Positions 26,501-38,179 of a stretch of 64,000 bases of DNA are shown piece by piece. The notes beneath the pieces are model-generated. The model did no database searches, was not told the DNA's origin, and worked only from the letters and a program-made list of their open reading frames with translations. Source of the stretch: Octopus sinensis. Lineage: Eukaryota. The stretch covers positions 97,526,001 through 97,590,000 of the forward strand of contig NC_043005.1 of assembly GCF_006345805.1 (NCBI RefSeq). Direction: 5' to 3'. Position 1 is the stretch's first letter. Every line of letters starts with the position of its first letter. Both the position numbers and the translations under genes were made by a program.

Positions 26501-26745
26501 TTGGTGAAGTAAGGGATTCCATGTCTCCCCAGTTGACCCCTTCTCACGTGATGTCAGTGGACACCGATGGCGATACAGGTGCTGAGGCAGCGTGTGTTGA
26601 TGCTGATGCCGATGGGGATCACCCAGCCGTTCCTCCGCTTCCTCCCAAAGACGTCTACGAAGGAAGTGCGAAAGGAGACGGGGGGGACACCTCCACTGCC
26701 AACAACACCGGCAACAACAACAACAACAACAGGAGCAGTACATGA
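6061..26745 (+). CDS. SNX30: Sorting nexin SNX7/SNX30-like (PX-BAR), 5'-partial; join(6061-6171,7825-7986,10166-10361,13537-13667,17523-17591,20507-20593,24179-24283,25268-25420,26416-26745), 447 aa in window
   Basis: Nine GT-AG exons splice in frame. PX motifs [15 protein letters not shown] and PPLPAKH; BAR C-terminal motifs [12 protein letters not shown] and YEKCLHAWE typical of SNX7/SNX30. SNX7 versus SNX30 cannot be resolved (probably a co-orthologue). Confidence 0.9.
6410..7570 (-). mobile_element. Decayed mariner transposon
   Basis: Minus-strand motifs [17 protein letters not shown] and [17 protein letters not shown]; stops and deletions; weak TIR remnants. Confidence 0.8.
7825..7986 (+). 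CDS. SNX30: SNX exon (PX domain, PLPAKH...LTAKAW)
   Basis: ttttcag|CCT ... TGG|gtaaga, 162 nt, phase 0-0. Confidence 0.93.
8230..8603 (+). mobile_element. Putative non-autonomous Helitron/HINE-like element
   Basis: CTAG near start, terminal (CA)n/ACAGAC microsatellite then TTTATATAT; called from architecture only. Confidence 0.4.
8804..9021 (-). mobile_element. SINE family 2 with perfect 23-bp TSD
   Basis: Reverse complement matches 3852-4085; TGTGCTGAGCAATGATTAATTTC at 8781-8803 and 9022-9044. Confidence 0.88.
9361..9860. repeat. 40-bp minisatellite, 12.5 copies
   Basis: Unit TCTTGATTAAGCAGACCCATGGTTAAAGCTCTAGGTCAC(A/G), head-to-tail, no spacers. Confidence 0.98.
10166..10361 (+). CDS. 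SNX30: SNX exon (EFNAHK...ILKEQS)
   Basis: tttcag|GAA ... G|gtaagt, 196 nt, phase 0-1. Confidence 0.92.
10605..10826 (-). mobile_element. tRNA-derived SINE, a further family
   Basis: Minus strand GGAGGCAAGTAGCTTAGTGGTTAGGGTGCTGGACT...GTGGTTTCAATTCC tRNA-like head. Confidence 0.6.
10900..11240 (+). mobile_element. SINE family 1
   Basis: GGGTTCAGTCCCACT..GGCACCTTGG head, cagcatggctgtagtc..tgactgaa tail. Confidence 0.75.
11545..12030 (-). mobile_element. Two tandem copies of repeat family 3
   Basis: (CAT)n starts near 11545 and 11723 followed by the family motifs. Confidence 0.75.
12590..12945 (+). mobile_element. RTE-type LINE 3' fragment
   Basis: Degenerate [16 protein letters not shown] motif; homologous to 16560-17400. 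Confidence 0.6.
13075..13445 (-). mobile_element. Repeat family 3, near full length
   Basis: Inverted relative to 5205-5647; contains internal ~45-bp subrepeats. Confidence 0.8.
13537..13667 (+). CDS. SNX30: SNX exon ([12 protein letters not shown]...AIKES)
   Basis: ttttag|AA ... TCT|gtaagt, 131 nt, phase 1-0; [10 protein letters not shown] motif. Confidence 0.92.
13720..14660 (+). mobile_element. Cluster of three decayed SINE family 2 copies (about 13720, 14158, 14450)
   Basis: Each has a ttctgagttcaaattc..gaggt..c.tttgcctttc-like core. Confidence 0.7.
16560..17400 (-). mobile_element. RTE-type LINE relic (RT C-terminal half)
   Basis: Minus-strand peptides [59 protein letters not shown]; frameshifted. 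Confidence 0.8.
17523..17591 (+). CDS. SNX30: SNX exon ([23 protein letters not shown])
   Basis: gtgtag|ATT ... AAG|gtgagt, 69 nt, phase 0-0; LKEY.LY motif. Confidence 0.9.
18210..18572 (-). mobile_element. Repeat family 3
   Basis: (CAT)n, CCATGCTAGCATGG palindrome and subrepeats. Confidence 0.8.
18650..19075 (-). mobile_element. SINE family 1 copies (partial plus full)
   Basis: cttttacttgtttcagtcatt...tgcccaaggtgccacagtgggactg. Confidence 0.75.
20507..20593 (+). CDS. SNX30: SNX exon ([13 protein letters not shown]...DEREQ)
   Basis: ttgtag|ACA ... CAG|gtatca, 87 nt, phase 0-0. Confidence 0.9.
21590..21780 (+). mobile_element. Repeat family 3
   Basis: ttggcattaggaagggcatcc...agcatggaaagcggacgttaaatgatg. 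Confidence 0.75.
23533..23577. repeat. (AG)n microsatellite
   Basis: Directly visible. Confidence 0.95.
23607..24075 (-). mobile_element. 5'-truncated CR1-type LINE (ORF2 C-terminus plus 3' UTR)
   Basis: [10 protein letters not shown]...[31 protein letters not shown], the CR1 ORF2 C-terminal signature. Confidence 0.85.
24179..24283 (+). CDS. SNX30: SNX exon ([35 protein letters not shown]), BAR tip
   Basis: ctttcag|TTA ... GAG|gtacat, 105 nt, phase 0-0, open frame with helical character. Confidence 0.82.
25268..25420 (+). CDS. SNX30: SNX exon (LTQNVE...ERYEK)
   Basis: ttgtag|CTT ... AAG|gtaagc, 153 nt; [11 protein letters not shown]. Confidence 0.93.
26416..26745 (+). CDS. SNX30: SNX terminal coding exon (CLHAWED...[10 protein letters not shown])
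   Basis: ttccag|TGT, in frame with ORF 26521-26745, TGA stop. Confidence 0.87.
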   Translation, partial: CLHAWEDAIRRIQANADITKPTCDEIQTIGEVRDSMSPQLTPSHVMSVDTDGDTGAEAACVDADADGDHPAVPPLPPKDVYEGSAKGDGGDTSTANNTGNNNNNNRSST

Positions 26746-28943
26746 AAGCCAAAATGAAGCGGGGACATAAGGAATCACTCATCTCTTTTACTATTTAAAT
26801 TATTCCATAATAATTATCTCCATTTCACTCCCACCCACCCCTATTTTCTCTGATCCTATGAAAGGGTCGATAACTTCTCAGGTGGTCCCTGTTCTCTTAC
26901 ATATATTAAAAAAGACCCCTAGGGACCTACAGCAGCTGTTGATGATGAAATTGATGCAATATAATCGACCGTTCATAGAGCAGAGACTGAAATATATTAT
27001 TTTAGAAGTCCTAACTCATCATCATCATGTACATCATCACTATCATCATCATCATTATAATCATTATCTCTATCATCTGATCTGTTCAGTATACACCATG
27101 ATCTCATTTCAATATGGCTTCAGTTACCACATGTCAAAGGTGTATTTGTGTGTGAGTGCAATTATAACTGCAGTCTGATGTGCACAGGTGTTTAATTATG
27201 TGGTTGTGTAGCACATAAGATGTCTTGTCATCTGTTCTCTTTCTCTCACTGATAATTATAGTTGTGTAGTTGTGGTGAGCACGTGTGTGTGTGCTACACA
27301 CTTTATGCATTGTTAAACACAGTAAGATGAGATATATTTATTTGCAATTTTTTTTCTTATTGTATGGAAAGAAGGGCATTATCCATACTCCCAAGGAAGG
27401 GCATTTCATATCAGAGATAAAATGGAATTTTTTTTTTGTAGATTGAAGTTTGGAAAAATTGGAGGTTAGTGCATGAACAGAAAGAGTGAGTGAGATAACG
27501 ATAGAGAAAGTTCTATTGGATGGAGGCACCAGTCTTTTGGACAAAGGACCATATGCAGAGTTTTAATGCAGGGTATGGAGAAATGACAGGCTGTTCTCTC
27601 TTTCTCCTCTCTGAAATCTCTATAGTTACAGGTGCTGATGTCCTAAAGATGCTATCAGATAATTCCCCCCTTTTTCAAAAAGTTAGTTTCATTTGTCAAA
27701 TCAAGTATTTGCTGATGTTGTATCTTATTTATTACAATTCAATATTGTTCAGAGTTGGATCAAATGCTGTGGAGGCCAGAGGCCAGTGGATGGTAGACTT
27801 AAAAAAAAAACCCAAAATCTGTGACCTGGCTTAACACTACCATTAGTCCCTGGGGCATTTAGCAGTGTCCACCTTGTTACAAGAGTTTAGGCCAGATCTC
27901 AAACCATCTACTTATCTTCTTCCCACCAGTCTGAGAGATTGTAAGAAGCATTTCAATAGATGTCTGCCCTTCTTCGTCTAAGTTCTTTAAAGTTCACATT
28001 CCATTTTCAAATAACAGTTGTAGTAATTTTACTTCAGTTAAGTTAAGTTGGCTCATGGAAAAGGCATAAATGTTGCAACATCCTGTTTACTTTGTCTTGT
28101 ATAAATTTTAGGTTTTGTGCTTAGTCAAAAGAAATGACTAGTGTTTAGTGTTGGGCTGTATACTTTAGTCCATCTAGTTTCATATTTCAATGTTGACTCT
28201 TTCTCCTGGGTCCACCAGTCTTATCATCTACTTGTCCTACTGGAGTTGACCTTTCCTGCTGACCTGTTGCCCTGTTGAGGTCAATCTTTCTTATCTTCCC
28301 CTTTCTTGACTGACATTGAATCTTGCTGTTATCTCTCTACCTTATTACGGTTAATTTTGATGTCAATGAGGCAAAGATCTATGATTTAAGGAAGTTGTTA
28401 TCTATCCACCTTCTTACAAAGTGCAATCCTACACTTAGTAAGAAATGGAATCTTTTTGTTTTTTAATGTTACTGCCATTAGAACTAGTTGATCACCAAGG
28501 GTATATAACCACCCGCTTATATATATATATATATATATGCAATAATTATAGCGATAGAAAATATGGAGACTGGTATATCCTCAAAATTTATGTCCCTTTC
28601 ATTTTATGGTATGTCATACAGCATATTTTTAAGGTTTTATATATATATGTATATAAACTTCTTTCAAATAGCTGTAGTAAATGAACCAATTTGCATCTGT
28701 TGAGATATATATATGGTTTATAGATGAAACAGATATTCTCTGTACATTTTGTAGTGCTCAAGAGGTTTAAACTTGAGCAGGTAAAGGAGTAGATGTAAGG
28801 AGAAGCAAGTGAGGCAGGTCGATGTACAGACAATATTAAATACATTTAATACAAAAAATGTACGTATGTATACAAAGAAGTCCGACTTACACAGAATAGA
28901 AATGATATCAAGAATTAAAGGGGTTGAAGAAGAGTTTTACAAG

Positions 28944-29034
28944 TCCAACAGCTGTTTTTGGGAGCTCGTTGGTCCAGAATAATGATTGTAACTTGACTCG
29001 ATCATCGGATAACATCAGCCTCCGTCTTCAGGGA
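28944..29034 (-). ncRNA. Degenerate hammerhead ribozyme motif (Penelope/retrozyme type)
   Basis: UCC-CUGAAGA-CGGAG..CUCC-CAAAAAC-AGCU-GUU-GGA; the G of GAAA is lost. Confidence 0.5.
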
Positions 29035-29187
29035 AGAAGTATTACATTTGAGGTGTTGTCAGAAAGGAGATTAAGGATGGAATATATATATATATATATA
29101 TATATGTTATAAGAAAAATCAAAACCAAGGTAGAACGAGTATCTCGAGTTATTTAGAATAATGCAGTAAGGGTAAGGTGAATTTGAA

Positions 29188-29261
29188 GTCTTAGCTGTTT
29201 CTGGGATAGCCCAAGTGGTTGGTTAGCTTGTCCATGCACTGGGTATTCCATCATCAGAAAC
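29188..29261 (-). ncRNA. Hammerhead ribozyme motif (type I, Penelope/retrozyme type) with collapsed helix III
   Basis: GUUU-CUGAUGA-UGGAAUACCCA..UGGGCUAUCCCA-GAAAC-AGCU-A-AGAC; helices I and II can pair. Confidence 0.62.
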
Positions 29262-31789
29262 AAGGTATGAATATTTTAGACAGGGAAAATTCACAGTTTA
29301 CAAGGAATAGAATTCACAGTTTATAAGGAATAAAATAGAAGAATAAAGAGTAAAAGTGGTCAAAAGAACATAGGCAGGAGAATAATGCTCATAACACCTC
29401 TTTTTCCAGAGGATGTGGGTGTTGGCTGGTACTTCCATGAAGGTAGAGGGTTTTAGTTAAAATCCCAGGTAAACCCAAACAGTATTTCGCCAGTATTCTG
29501 AATATTGTATATGTGTATTGCCTATTATCCAAGTGAAAGTCAAGTTCTAAGAGTAACTTCCATCCTTCTGGGGCAGATGAATTTTATCAGGTTTAGAGAT
29601 TTAATCTTCAGATGTCTTTAGTGGAGTCCACTTTGTTGTAAGCATTTGAGTGAGGTCTCTTCCTCTTTCCCATCAGCCTTGAAAGTACAGCAAAGGACCA
29701 TAAGGCACTGCTTGTTTCCTTTGTGTGTTTTGGGGGGGGGGGGTACACTTGCTGGCTAATTCGTTGAGCAAGCAATTCAGTTAATCAAATAACTGAATAC
29801 CCTCTGCCATTACTAATAGACCCGTTTTTAGGTGGGTTTGCAATAAATACAGTTTTCTCTCACTTCTCATTTGTGTTTGTATTCACATTTAGTTTGACCT
29901 ACAACTATTGTTGTTAATTCAGTCTGAGTTCAATCTTTGGAACCATTTTAATTAGAATAATTATAAATACATGCTCACATGCATTATCATAAGGAACAGT
30001 CATTAATTAGTAATAAAAAGGTTGGTTTGATCATTTCCAGTGCTTACAAGGTCAGATATGTCATTTTGTGTTCAATATAGTGAAGAAGAAGAAGAAGAAT
30101 ATTTTATGTTAACTAATATTGTTTGGCTGAGAGCAAGCAGGGAAGACAACTTTCTGCATTATTAGGCTCAAATCCTTTGCTCCCTATGCGGAATAGGCCA
30201 TTGGCAAGTTTTCTCCATTGTTCTCAGCTCTGGGTAGAACTGCTCTTTCAGTTAGGGCCACCCTCATCGTATGTTTTTTTGAGGTGATGGTCTTGTTGAG
30301 TTTGAATTCCCATTGATGCTTCTGCAACTTTGCTTGTTTTCTAGGTAAAGGTTTTGGTTCTATGCAAATTCTGGGGAGTGGTTTGTCCCTATTACTTGAG
30401 CTTCTATTCTTTAATCTGTCTCAGCAGCTTCTGTTCTGCTGGCATAGCTTTCAGAGTCACAGAAAACATGCCATTTCACTGCAGCAAGGACTGGGCTTTG
30501 TGCTGGATTATAATATTTCTTCCTACTCTGCTTATATCTGAACCCTGTTTTTTTTTATTGCTTAATTATGTGGTCAGCGTCCTTTTATAATTAAATTATC
30601 AATTAATGCTACCAGGCTCGTTAGATCATTAGATAAAATGCTTTGTGGTATTTGTTCTAGCTCTTTGTACTGAGTTCAAATTCCATCAAGGTCAATTTTG
30701 CTTTTCATCCCTTGGGGTTGATGAAGTACTTGTCAAGTACTGGGGTTGACAGTATTGACTAATCTTGTTGCCATGTTTTATTTCAAGCCCCCTTTTTCTA
30801 CCTCTGGAATATAGACTGTTGACCCTTTTTCTTCACTGTGCTCCACCCTGGGCTGTCTTTCCTGCTTCTCTCCAGTTGTATCCTTGCGCTTTCTTTTTGG
30901 ATCTTGCTGATCATTCATTTCCCTGAAGGAGGGCCTTCCTCTCCCACATCTTGGTTTTGAATCTTCATTGATGCTTCTAAAACTTTGCTTTTTTCTAGAT
31001 AGGAATGTTGGACTTATGCATTTTTATTTATGGGAAGAGGCAGTCCATATAAGTTCGGCCTCTATTTGACTTGTCCCGCATGTGAGGCTCGACCAGGAGC
31101 TTGAACTCAACTGGCATAGCTCTTAGGCTCATAAGCCACAACACTGCAATAAGGACTGGATCTTGTGGTGACTAACATTGCCCTACTAAATCTCTAGCCT
31201 TTTTACCTATGTGAGAAATATTCTTACTCTTGCAGATGGTGGAAGAAATTCTCTTTAGATTGTAGAAACGATCAAACTTAACAGAAACTTTTAGTCATAA
31301 TCAATTTCTTAATCTGAACCCTGTTTTTTTTGCTTAATTATGTGGTCAGTATCCTTTTATAATTAAATTGTTAATCAATGCTACCAAGCTCGTTAGAGCA
31401 TTAGACAAATTTTATTATTATTATTATTATTTGATTTAGTGATCAGGTGTAGCTCTGATAAAAAACAGACTACTTATTGAAGGAAGTCTAATTCTTACAA
31501 AAAAAACATAGAAACGCTTTACTCTGTCTTGTAACTATATTTCTAATGTGTTGACAGCCTGTGTTTCAGTTAATTTTCAAGATAATTAGGATTTTGAGTG
31601 GGGTTTAGCAAACAAAAAATATATATATATGTATATAGATATGTCATAAATGACAAAGAAATGGTTTGATGAAATTTTATTTAACAATAAGAAAATTCTA
31701 ATATCACATTTTCTCTTGTATTGTACTATATAGTCTGTATTCTTTGTATAATGATACATTGAGCTTTTTTTATGAGTGCTACTGGATTA

Positions 31790-32160
31790 CTTGTGGTAAG
31801 AAGCTTACTTCCCAACCGCATGGTTTAGGGTTCAGTCCCACTCTGTGGCACCTTGGGCAAGTGTCTTCTACTATAGACTCGGGCTGACCAAAGCCTTGAG
31901 AGTGGATTTGGTAGATGGAAACTGAAAGAAGCCCATCGTATATTCATATAATGTTTGTGTGTGTCTGCATTTGTGTCCCTCCACCCACTAACGTTTGACA
32001 ACTGATATTGGTATGTTTACATTCCTGAAACTTAGCAGTTTGGCAAAAGAGACTAATAGAATAAGTACAAGGCTTACAAAGAATAAGACCTGGGGTCGAT
32101 TTCTTTGACTAAAAGTGGTGCTCCAGCATGGCTGCAGTTAAATGACTGTAAAAAGTTAAA
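31790..32160 (+). mobile_element. SINE family 1, full length
   Basis: tRNA-like head (GTGGTAAG..GGGTTCAGTCCC), CCTTGGGCAAGT CORE-like box, internal (TG)n, A-rich tail. Confidence 0.85.
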
Positions 32161-34090
32161 AAATGGAAGAATTTCTATATATAAATCTTGCTGATTGCCC
32201 AATTGAAAGTCAAGTTATAAGAAAGTCTTCCATTCTTCTGGCGTTGACAAAGTACCAAGTTTGGTGATTTAACCTACCACCTAATTCACCACCACCACCA
32301 CCTGGCTCTTGGATGCCTTTAGTGTTGTAAGCACTTGGGAGAGGCCTATTCCTCCTTCCCATCAGTCTTGAAGGCTCTGTGAAGGACCGTAAGGAATTAC
32401 TTGTTCCCTTTAAGAAACAAGTATGAGGAAATGGTTAAAATAAGGAAATATTAAAAATTTTTTGTGTAGGGGACACCACGAAATAAGACAATTAAAAAAA
32501 AAAAGAATTTATATAATACAGTTATTTTGGAATCCTATTTTTCTGTCGAATTTTGTGTATACGTTTCTTACTCTAATATTTTTTCACAAGTTATCACCTC
32601 GTCCTTTCTTTTGTTTTCTGCACCAAATTATTAATACTCTTTCGGTGCAGTCAAGGTACGTAACTCTGCTTACCTCACCCTGACAACATTGCATTCACTC
32701 TATGCTGTCGGATCATATTTGTAGTTAATATACAAAACACTTCCTTGAGTTCAGTCGGCATTTGAGAGTATATTCAAAATGTTTAGCGAATAGATTTTTC
32801 ATTTTGTTAAAAGTAAACAGTTTAAGAAATAACAATGGATTTGTATTATTTTAATCTTGAGTTGCAAACTTTGAATTGTGATGGGAGAAATTTTTTTCTG
32901 TCCATTCCATTTTCCATCTTCTCCACCTGCTGTTCCTGGCAGTGTCATGAAGATAGTCCCCAGGTACCTCCTCCATAGGATCCTATCAGAAGCAACTTTC
33001 ATAAGACTTTCCAGCTGGATTCCCAAGTGTGAATAACTGACACTATGGATATTATCCAATCATCTGTCTTAATCTATCCCTGGGTCTCCTGCAGGTTGGT
33101 TCGGCTTAAAGAATCTGTCTTGGAATTCTTTCCTGCAACGTGTTTGTAATACCTCTCACAACATTGAAGTCGAGGGTATCGTCTGACGACCTCTCTGCCA
33201 AATTTGCTGGCCTTGTGACTAAATTAGAAATTATTTTGCTATATCCATAAAGTAATTAGTTCAGGATTAAGAGTATTCATTTAATGGGTAATTAAACAGT
33301 GGACGCTTAGGATGCAAAACGTTATCATCTACATATCAGATAGTGTGGGGCCAGGGGTGGATTGACAGAATCAGATGAGCGTTTGATGAAATACCAGGAT
33401 GTTTGGTTAAGTTGTGAGTTTAATTCCAACTTGGGTCAAATTTGCCTTTCCTAGTATCAAGTATGAAAATACTGTCGGTCGGTGTAGGGATGTAGCCGTC
33501 AAAGGTGGTGCCTTGAAATAATTAAAAGCTTGTCATATGTCTTTGGACTAATGTTCTACAACTAAGTATCTTGTCTATGAAACCACATTCTTGGAGTCGT
33601 CTCTTTCTAAATATGTTCAGTCCCAACTGTGATGTTTGTGTGTGTGTGTGAATATAGGTAAGTAGAGTTATGGTTGAATGGTTAAGAGGTTTGTTTCACA
33701 ACCACAAGGTCCCAGTTCTGATCCTATCGTGTGCCATCTTGGGCAAATGTCTCTACAGCAGCCTGTCAGGTGGATTATTATATGTGTAATTCAGATACAG
33801 CCTTGTCACAGATTCTACCTGAGAAGTACATTGTGTGTGTGGAATGCCTAGCCATTTACATATAATGAGCAGTTCAAATGACAGATTCACACACACATAT
33901 TGTGGATAATACATCGTCAGATGACCTCAGATAAAATGCGCATACAATTAGTCTCAGGGTGAATTTGTACCTTATCTCTGGCTGTAAATTCAGTGATGTG
34001 GTAGCTGCTTAAATGAGAATCAGCTACAGGCAATGCATTGATCAAGCTGGTATAACAGAACAAACCAATAGACCAGTGCAAATATAAATA

Positions 34091-34700
34091 TGAGGGGGTG
34101 CTGAGAAGTTCTTGGCTTTGAGTAAAAGAAAATACAGGAGGATCAGTGAATTATGATTTTACTCAACATATTTCCCTCTCAGATTTACGCACTTATTGCA
34201 ATAGTCTTTCAGTTTTTTGGTAAAAAGAATTTGGAAGTTTGGGCCTCCAACCAGACCTCTGTAGCAGCAATCACTTCCAAATTGGAGTGAAATTTCGTTC
34301 CCTTTAGGTGTTTCTTCAGTTATAGAAAGAAGTGATAGTCGGAGGGGACCAAGTGAAGAGTGTAAGGTGGGTGATCTACCAATTTGAAGCCAAAGTTGCA
34401 TATTTTCCACAGAGTTTCCTGTGCTGGTGCATTGTCCTGCAAAAACAGGACACCAACGCTCAACTGACCATGGCGTTTCTGCCTCAAAACTTCACACAGT
34501 TCATCCAACAGAGGCATGTAGTTTTCTGCAATGATGGTGTGACTCTTTGACAGGAATTTTATGAGGAGTACTCTGCCTTTTGTCCCATGATACTGAAGCC
34601 TGAATCTTTCTAGCTGACTCCTGGGTTCAAAACTTCTTGGGATGTGGTGCCATTTCATTGATTGCTACTTGGTCTGGGTATCAGACAAACAAGCTTGGCT
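34091..34700 (-). mobile_element. Mariner (D,D34D) transposon relic, 3' half with one TIR
   Basis: ORF 34320-34658 has VLFLQDNAPA and HPPYTLHLVPSDYHFF; TIR TGAGGGGGTGCTGAGAAGTTCTTGGCTTT at 34091. Confidence 0.85.
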
Positions 34701-37700
34701 TCATCATTCTGTCTTTGTATCCTTTTATTCTACCATATATATATATGAGGCATGTGAAAGTAATCACAGGAATTTGCTGTGTAGGTAGAAATGTGTCGGA
34801 GGTGATCAATGTATACCTACTTTTCTGTGAATGTTAAGATATTTCTTTGTAACTGGAAATATATTGAGTCATATCATATCTTAAAAATGTACTGGAGCCA
34901 TCTTATTATAACCATATCAGGTGACAATAACCAGTCTCTGTCGTGTCTTTGTTGTATTGTATTCATCAATCTTTATTCCGTACACTACCCTAACATCAAC
35001 AAAAAGAAAAACCAAACTTTATGTTGGCAAAGTACTATGTTTGTTTTTCTTTTGAATAAGAATTTTTTTCCCCCCTCTGAAATTTTTTTTTTAATTCTTG
35101 AAATTTTTTTTTTATTTGGTGCTGGTGAAAAATTTATATTTGTTGAGTGATGTATAGACTCCTGCCAACTTTGCTACACTGACAATTAAAACTTCTTTTG
35201 TAGACGTTACACTTGTGATGTTCATGCCACTTCCCTTTTAATCTCTGAAAATCCGAACTGAACGCCTGTCGAATACTCCCTCATAAAAGCCAAGCTACCT
35301 GAGCTTGTGTATTGCATATATATTTTAAAGTCTTGCTTTAAGATGTATTAAATGTGACTGACATATTATTTTCATGCTGACACTGACATTCATAGTATAT
35401 ATATACTACTGATGTAGCCTTGTCACATAACTGAAAACTAGAATTATTTATAAATTTTTACCTTAAATACATGTGTTGAACAACTGTCTCAATGTACAAG
35501 GTTCAAACCTGATACAGCTATGGCATATTATATCTTGATGCACAAACGTTTTACAGTCAAGTAATAAAAAAGGAATCTAGTTATAATTGTGAAACAGACA
35601 GTAAAAACTGTAACTGCTTCTCCAGTGTATCAAATGTTATATGTAGGTGTATATGAAATTATTTCCAAAGGTCATAATTATTTCAGTATCAGAAAGTGCT
35701 TTAAAGCTTCATTTTATGTACTGTAATATAGTAAGTGGATGAAACAAGTTCCCATTTTATTAGTTCTAGAAATGGAATAAATTATAAAATTTTATTTTTC
35801 TACCAAGGGAGAGCATCCATTTTGACAGCTGAAGTAGTCTCGTGCAGCCTTCAGTTCATTCTGAACTTAATGTATGATAATTAATCTGCATTTGGTACCA
35901 GCAGTTATCTGGTAGGGTATATTTTTGTTCATTCAGTAAGCATTACCGAAATCTAAGATGATTTTTAAGACAATAAATATATTCTTTTTTCATAGTTACA
36001 TCTAAATTAAGTTAAACATTTATCCCAAGAACAAATGTTAAACTCACTGTTTCCATCATAAGTTGTTATTCAGAAACTGGAAATTAAACAATCAATATTA
36101 TTTATTTGAATGAAACTGTGCTTCTTAGGAATTCATTCATCTTCAAAACTGTGACTTTGGTTTTGCATTCTCCTTGTGGTCATTTTGCTGACACTGCGAA
36201 TTCTCGAGAATGTTAGTTGATCTCTGTTTTACATATCACTCATCCGCCTACAAACTGAGGGTCTTGTCTCTATTGAAAGCCTCATCGTTTAAGTTGGTCT
36301 GAAACGAAGGGACATAACTCAACACCACCCAGCGGCAACTTTTAAGTACCTTAGTTTCAATTAGACCGTTTTTTTTCTTCTTTAATACAATGTTTGTAAG
36401 AAGTGGAAATTATGCAATAAGTGGAAATAATTCAGCTGACTCTAAAACCCAACAAGTCTTGGCCTTATGTCAAGGTAAAGAAATCATTCTTTCTCTCCCA
36501 TTTTTGTGTCTTCACGCTAGTTTTCTAGTTACCTTCAAATATTGAAACTAAATAGGTTAAACTAGTCAAGTACAATCAAGTGCAGACCGATGGTAAACCA
36601 CTTCAGCCATTGCCAGGTCATCTTTCTGGGTGCCTAATGTAGGTTTTATTTTCATCGTTTTTTAAGACATGAATTGAAGGAGATTTTGCTGTTGCGTTAC
36701 AAAAATTTATATACCTTAATTTGAACGGTTTACCTGGGAATGTTGTATTCAATTAGCTTTTGGGATATGGTAAACCTTGTAGAGTAAGTTCCTAGGGAGA
36801 TGATCTGTTACAATTGTTATCTCTTGACACTGCTAATGCCCCCATCCTCCTTCACGCAAGAAAACTTGAACATCACATCACACTTTCATCCTGCCCTTTG
36901 ATCTTGTAACTAAGTAATATATTGATGTTGTTTACAGATGTAGGACATTGCAAGTGAAATGCTTTTTTGTAAGTGGTTTGCTGCCACACTACCCTGCCAT
37001 GGTCCACTGTACTGTATCTGACCTTTTTGAAGAAGGGGTCTACGTTAAAACAAAACAAAAAGTACCACTGATGTTATTAAAACTGGAGTTGAACCAATCA
37101 ACTCTGCTCACCCTTGAAATTTTTAATGGCTCTTGTGTCATTTATTTTAAGGAATCAATTAAATTAGAATCACATTTGGTGTTTGTTTCTGGTAATTTAA
37201 ATTAATCAAAACAAATTGGGTAGGGGGTGGGAGAACTTCATGTAAAAATAACAACAAACAGAAATCTGTACGTTGTATAGTGCAATGTCTGTACGAATGA
37301 TAACCAATGATGTATGACATATCATTTTTTGAGGGGCTGGATTATAATTTCTGATGAAAAGAGGAAAAAGAAATTTAAATAGTTTCCTGATCTCATTTGA
37401 TACTGGAAGATACCCATTAAAACCCAGTTGAAATATCAACAGGATTTGACTGATTAATCAGTCTTCCAACACATTAAACAATTATTAAATAGAAAAGACA
37501 AAACACAATATTAGATTAAATTGAGAAAATATTATAACTTCAGCTTAAAAAAAGAAAATTAATCCCCAATTCTGATGATCGTTTTTGAAATAATAGTATC
37601 AATTCAGAAAATCAAGACTTAAATAAGATAGGGTTGTGGGGCCCATTTAGGTTAAAAGATGGTTCTACAAAAAAATTAAATGAAATACTATGAAAGCCTT

Positions 37701-38179
37701 GATTTTAGTTTAGTTGAATCAGAAAGTTGGTAGTGAAGTGTAAAATATTAAACCATATATATATACACACACACAAACAGTTTCATAATCTAAGTTAATC
37801 CTTTACTTCTTCAAAAAAAGAAAAAAAAAAAATCAATATTTTTCATTTGAGCTGAGTTGAAATACTTGTTTTGTTTTGTGTCTTTTCTCAAATGAAATTG
37901 CAATTTTGTGTACAGGTAGACATGTACACACACACACACACATAATGTTCTTTTGCCTCCCTTTCCAAAACGTCATTCATTTTTTTGGTGGTAAAAATTG
38001 TGTACCAGTTAAGAAAAAAAAAGCTGAAGTTGCCTCTTTTCTGCTGGATGTACATAAGTTTTTATATTGATGTAAAAGATATTAAAAAAAAATTGGTTTA
38101 CCATTTTTTTTTTTTAAATTCAGTTTAGTAAATGCTGAGTAACTTATTTAATTGTACACAATTTGGGACACACACGTCA

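Noticed and set aside
26468-26782. Overlapping and antisense ORFs over the SNX last exon
   Set aside because: Expected from GC-rich, triplet-repeat coding sequence
31790-31850. tRNA gene
   Set aside because: A and B boxes continue into a multi-copy SINE body; no acceptor stem closure
29500-32410. Similar blocks at about 29520-29720 and 32190-32410 as a segmental duplication
   Set aside because: A third diverged copy at about 2165-2285 indicates an old dispersed repeat
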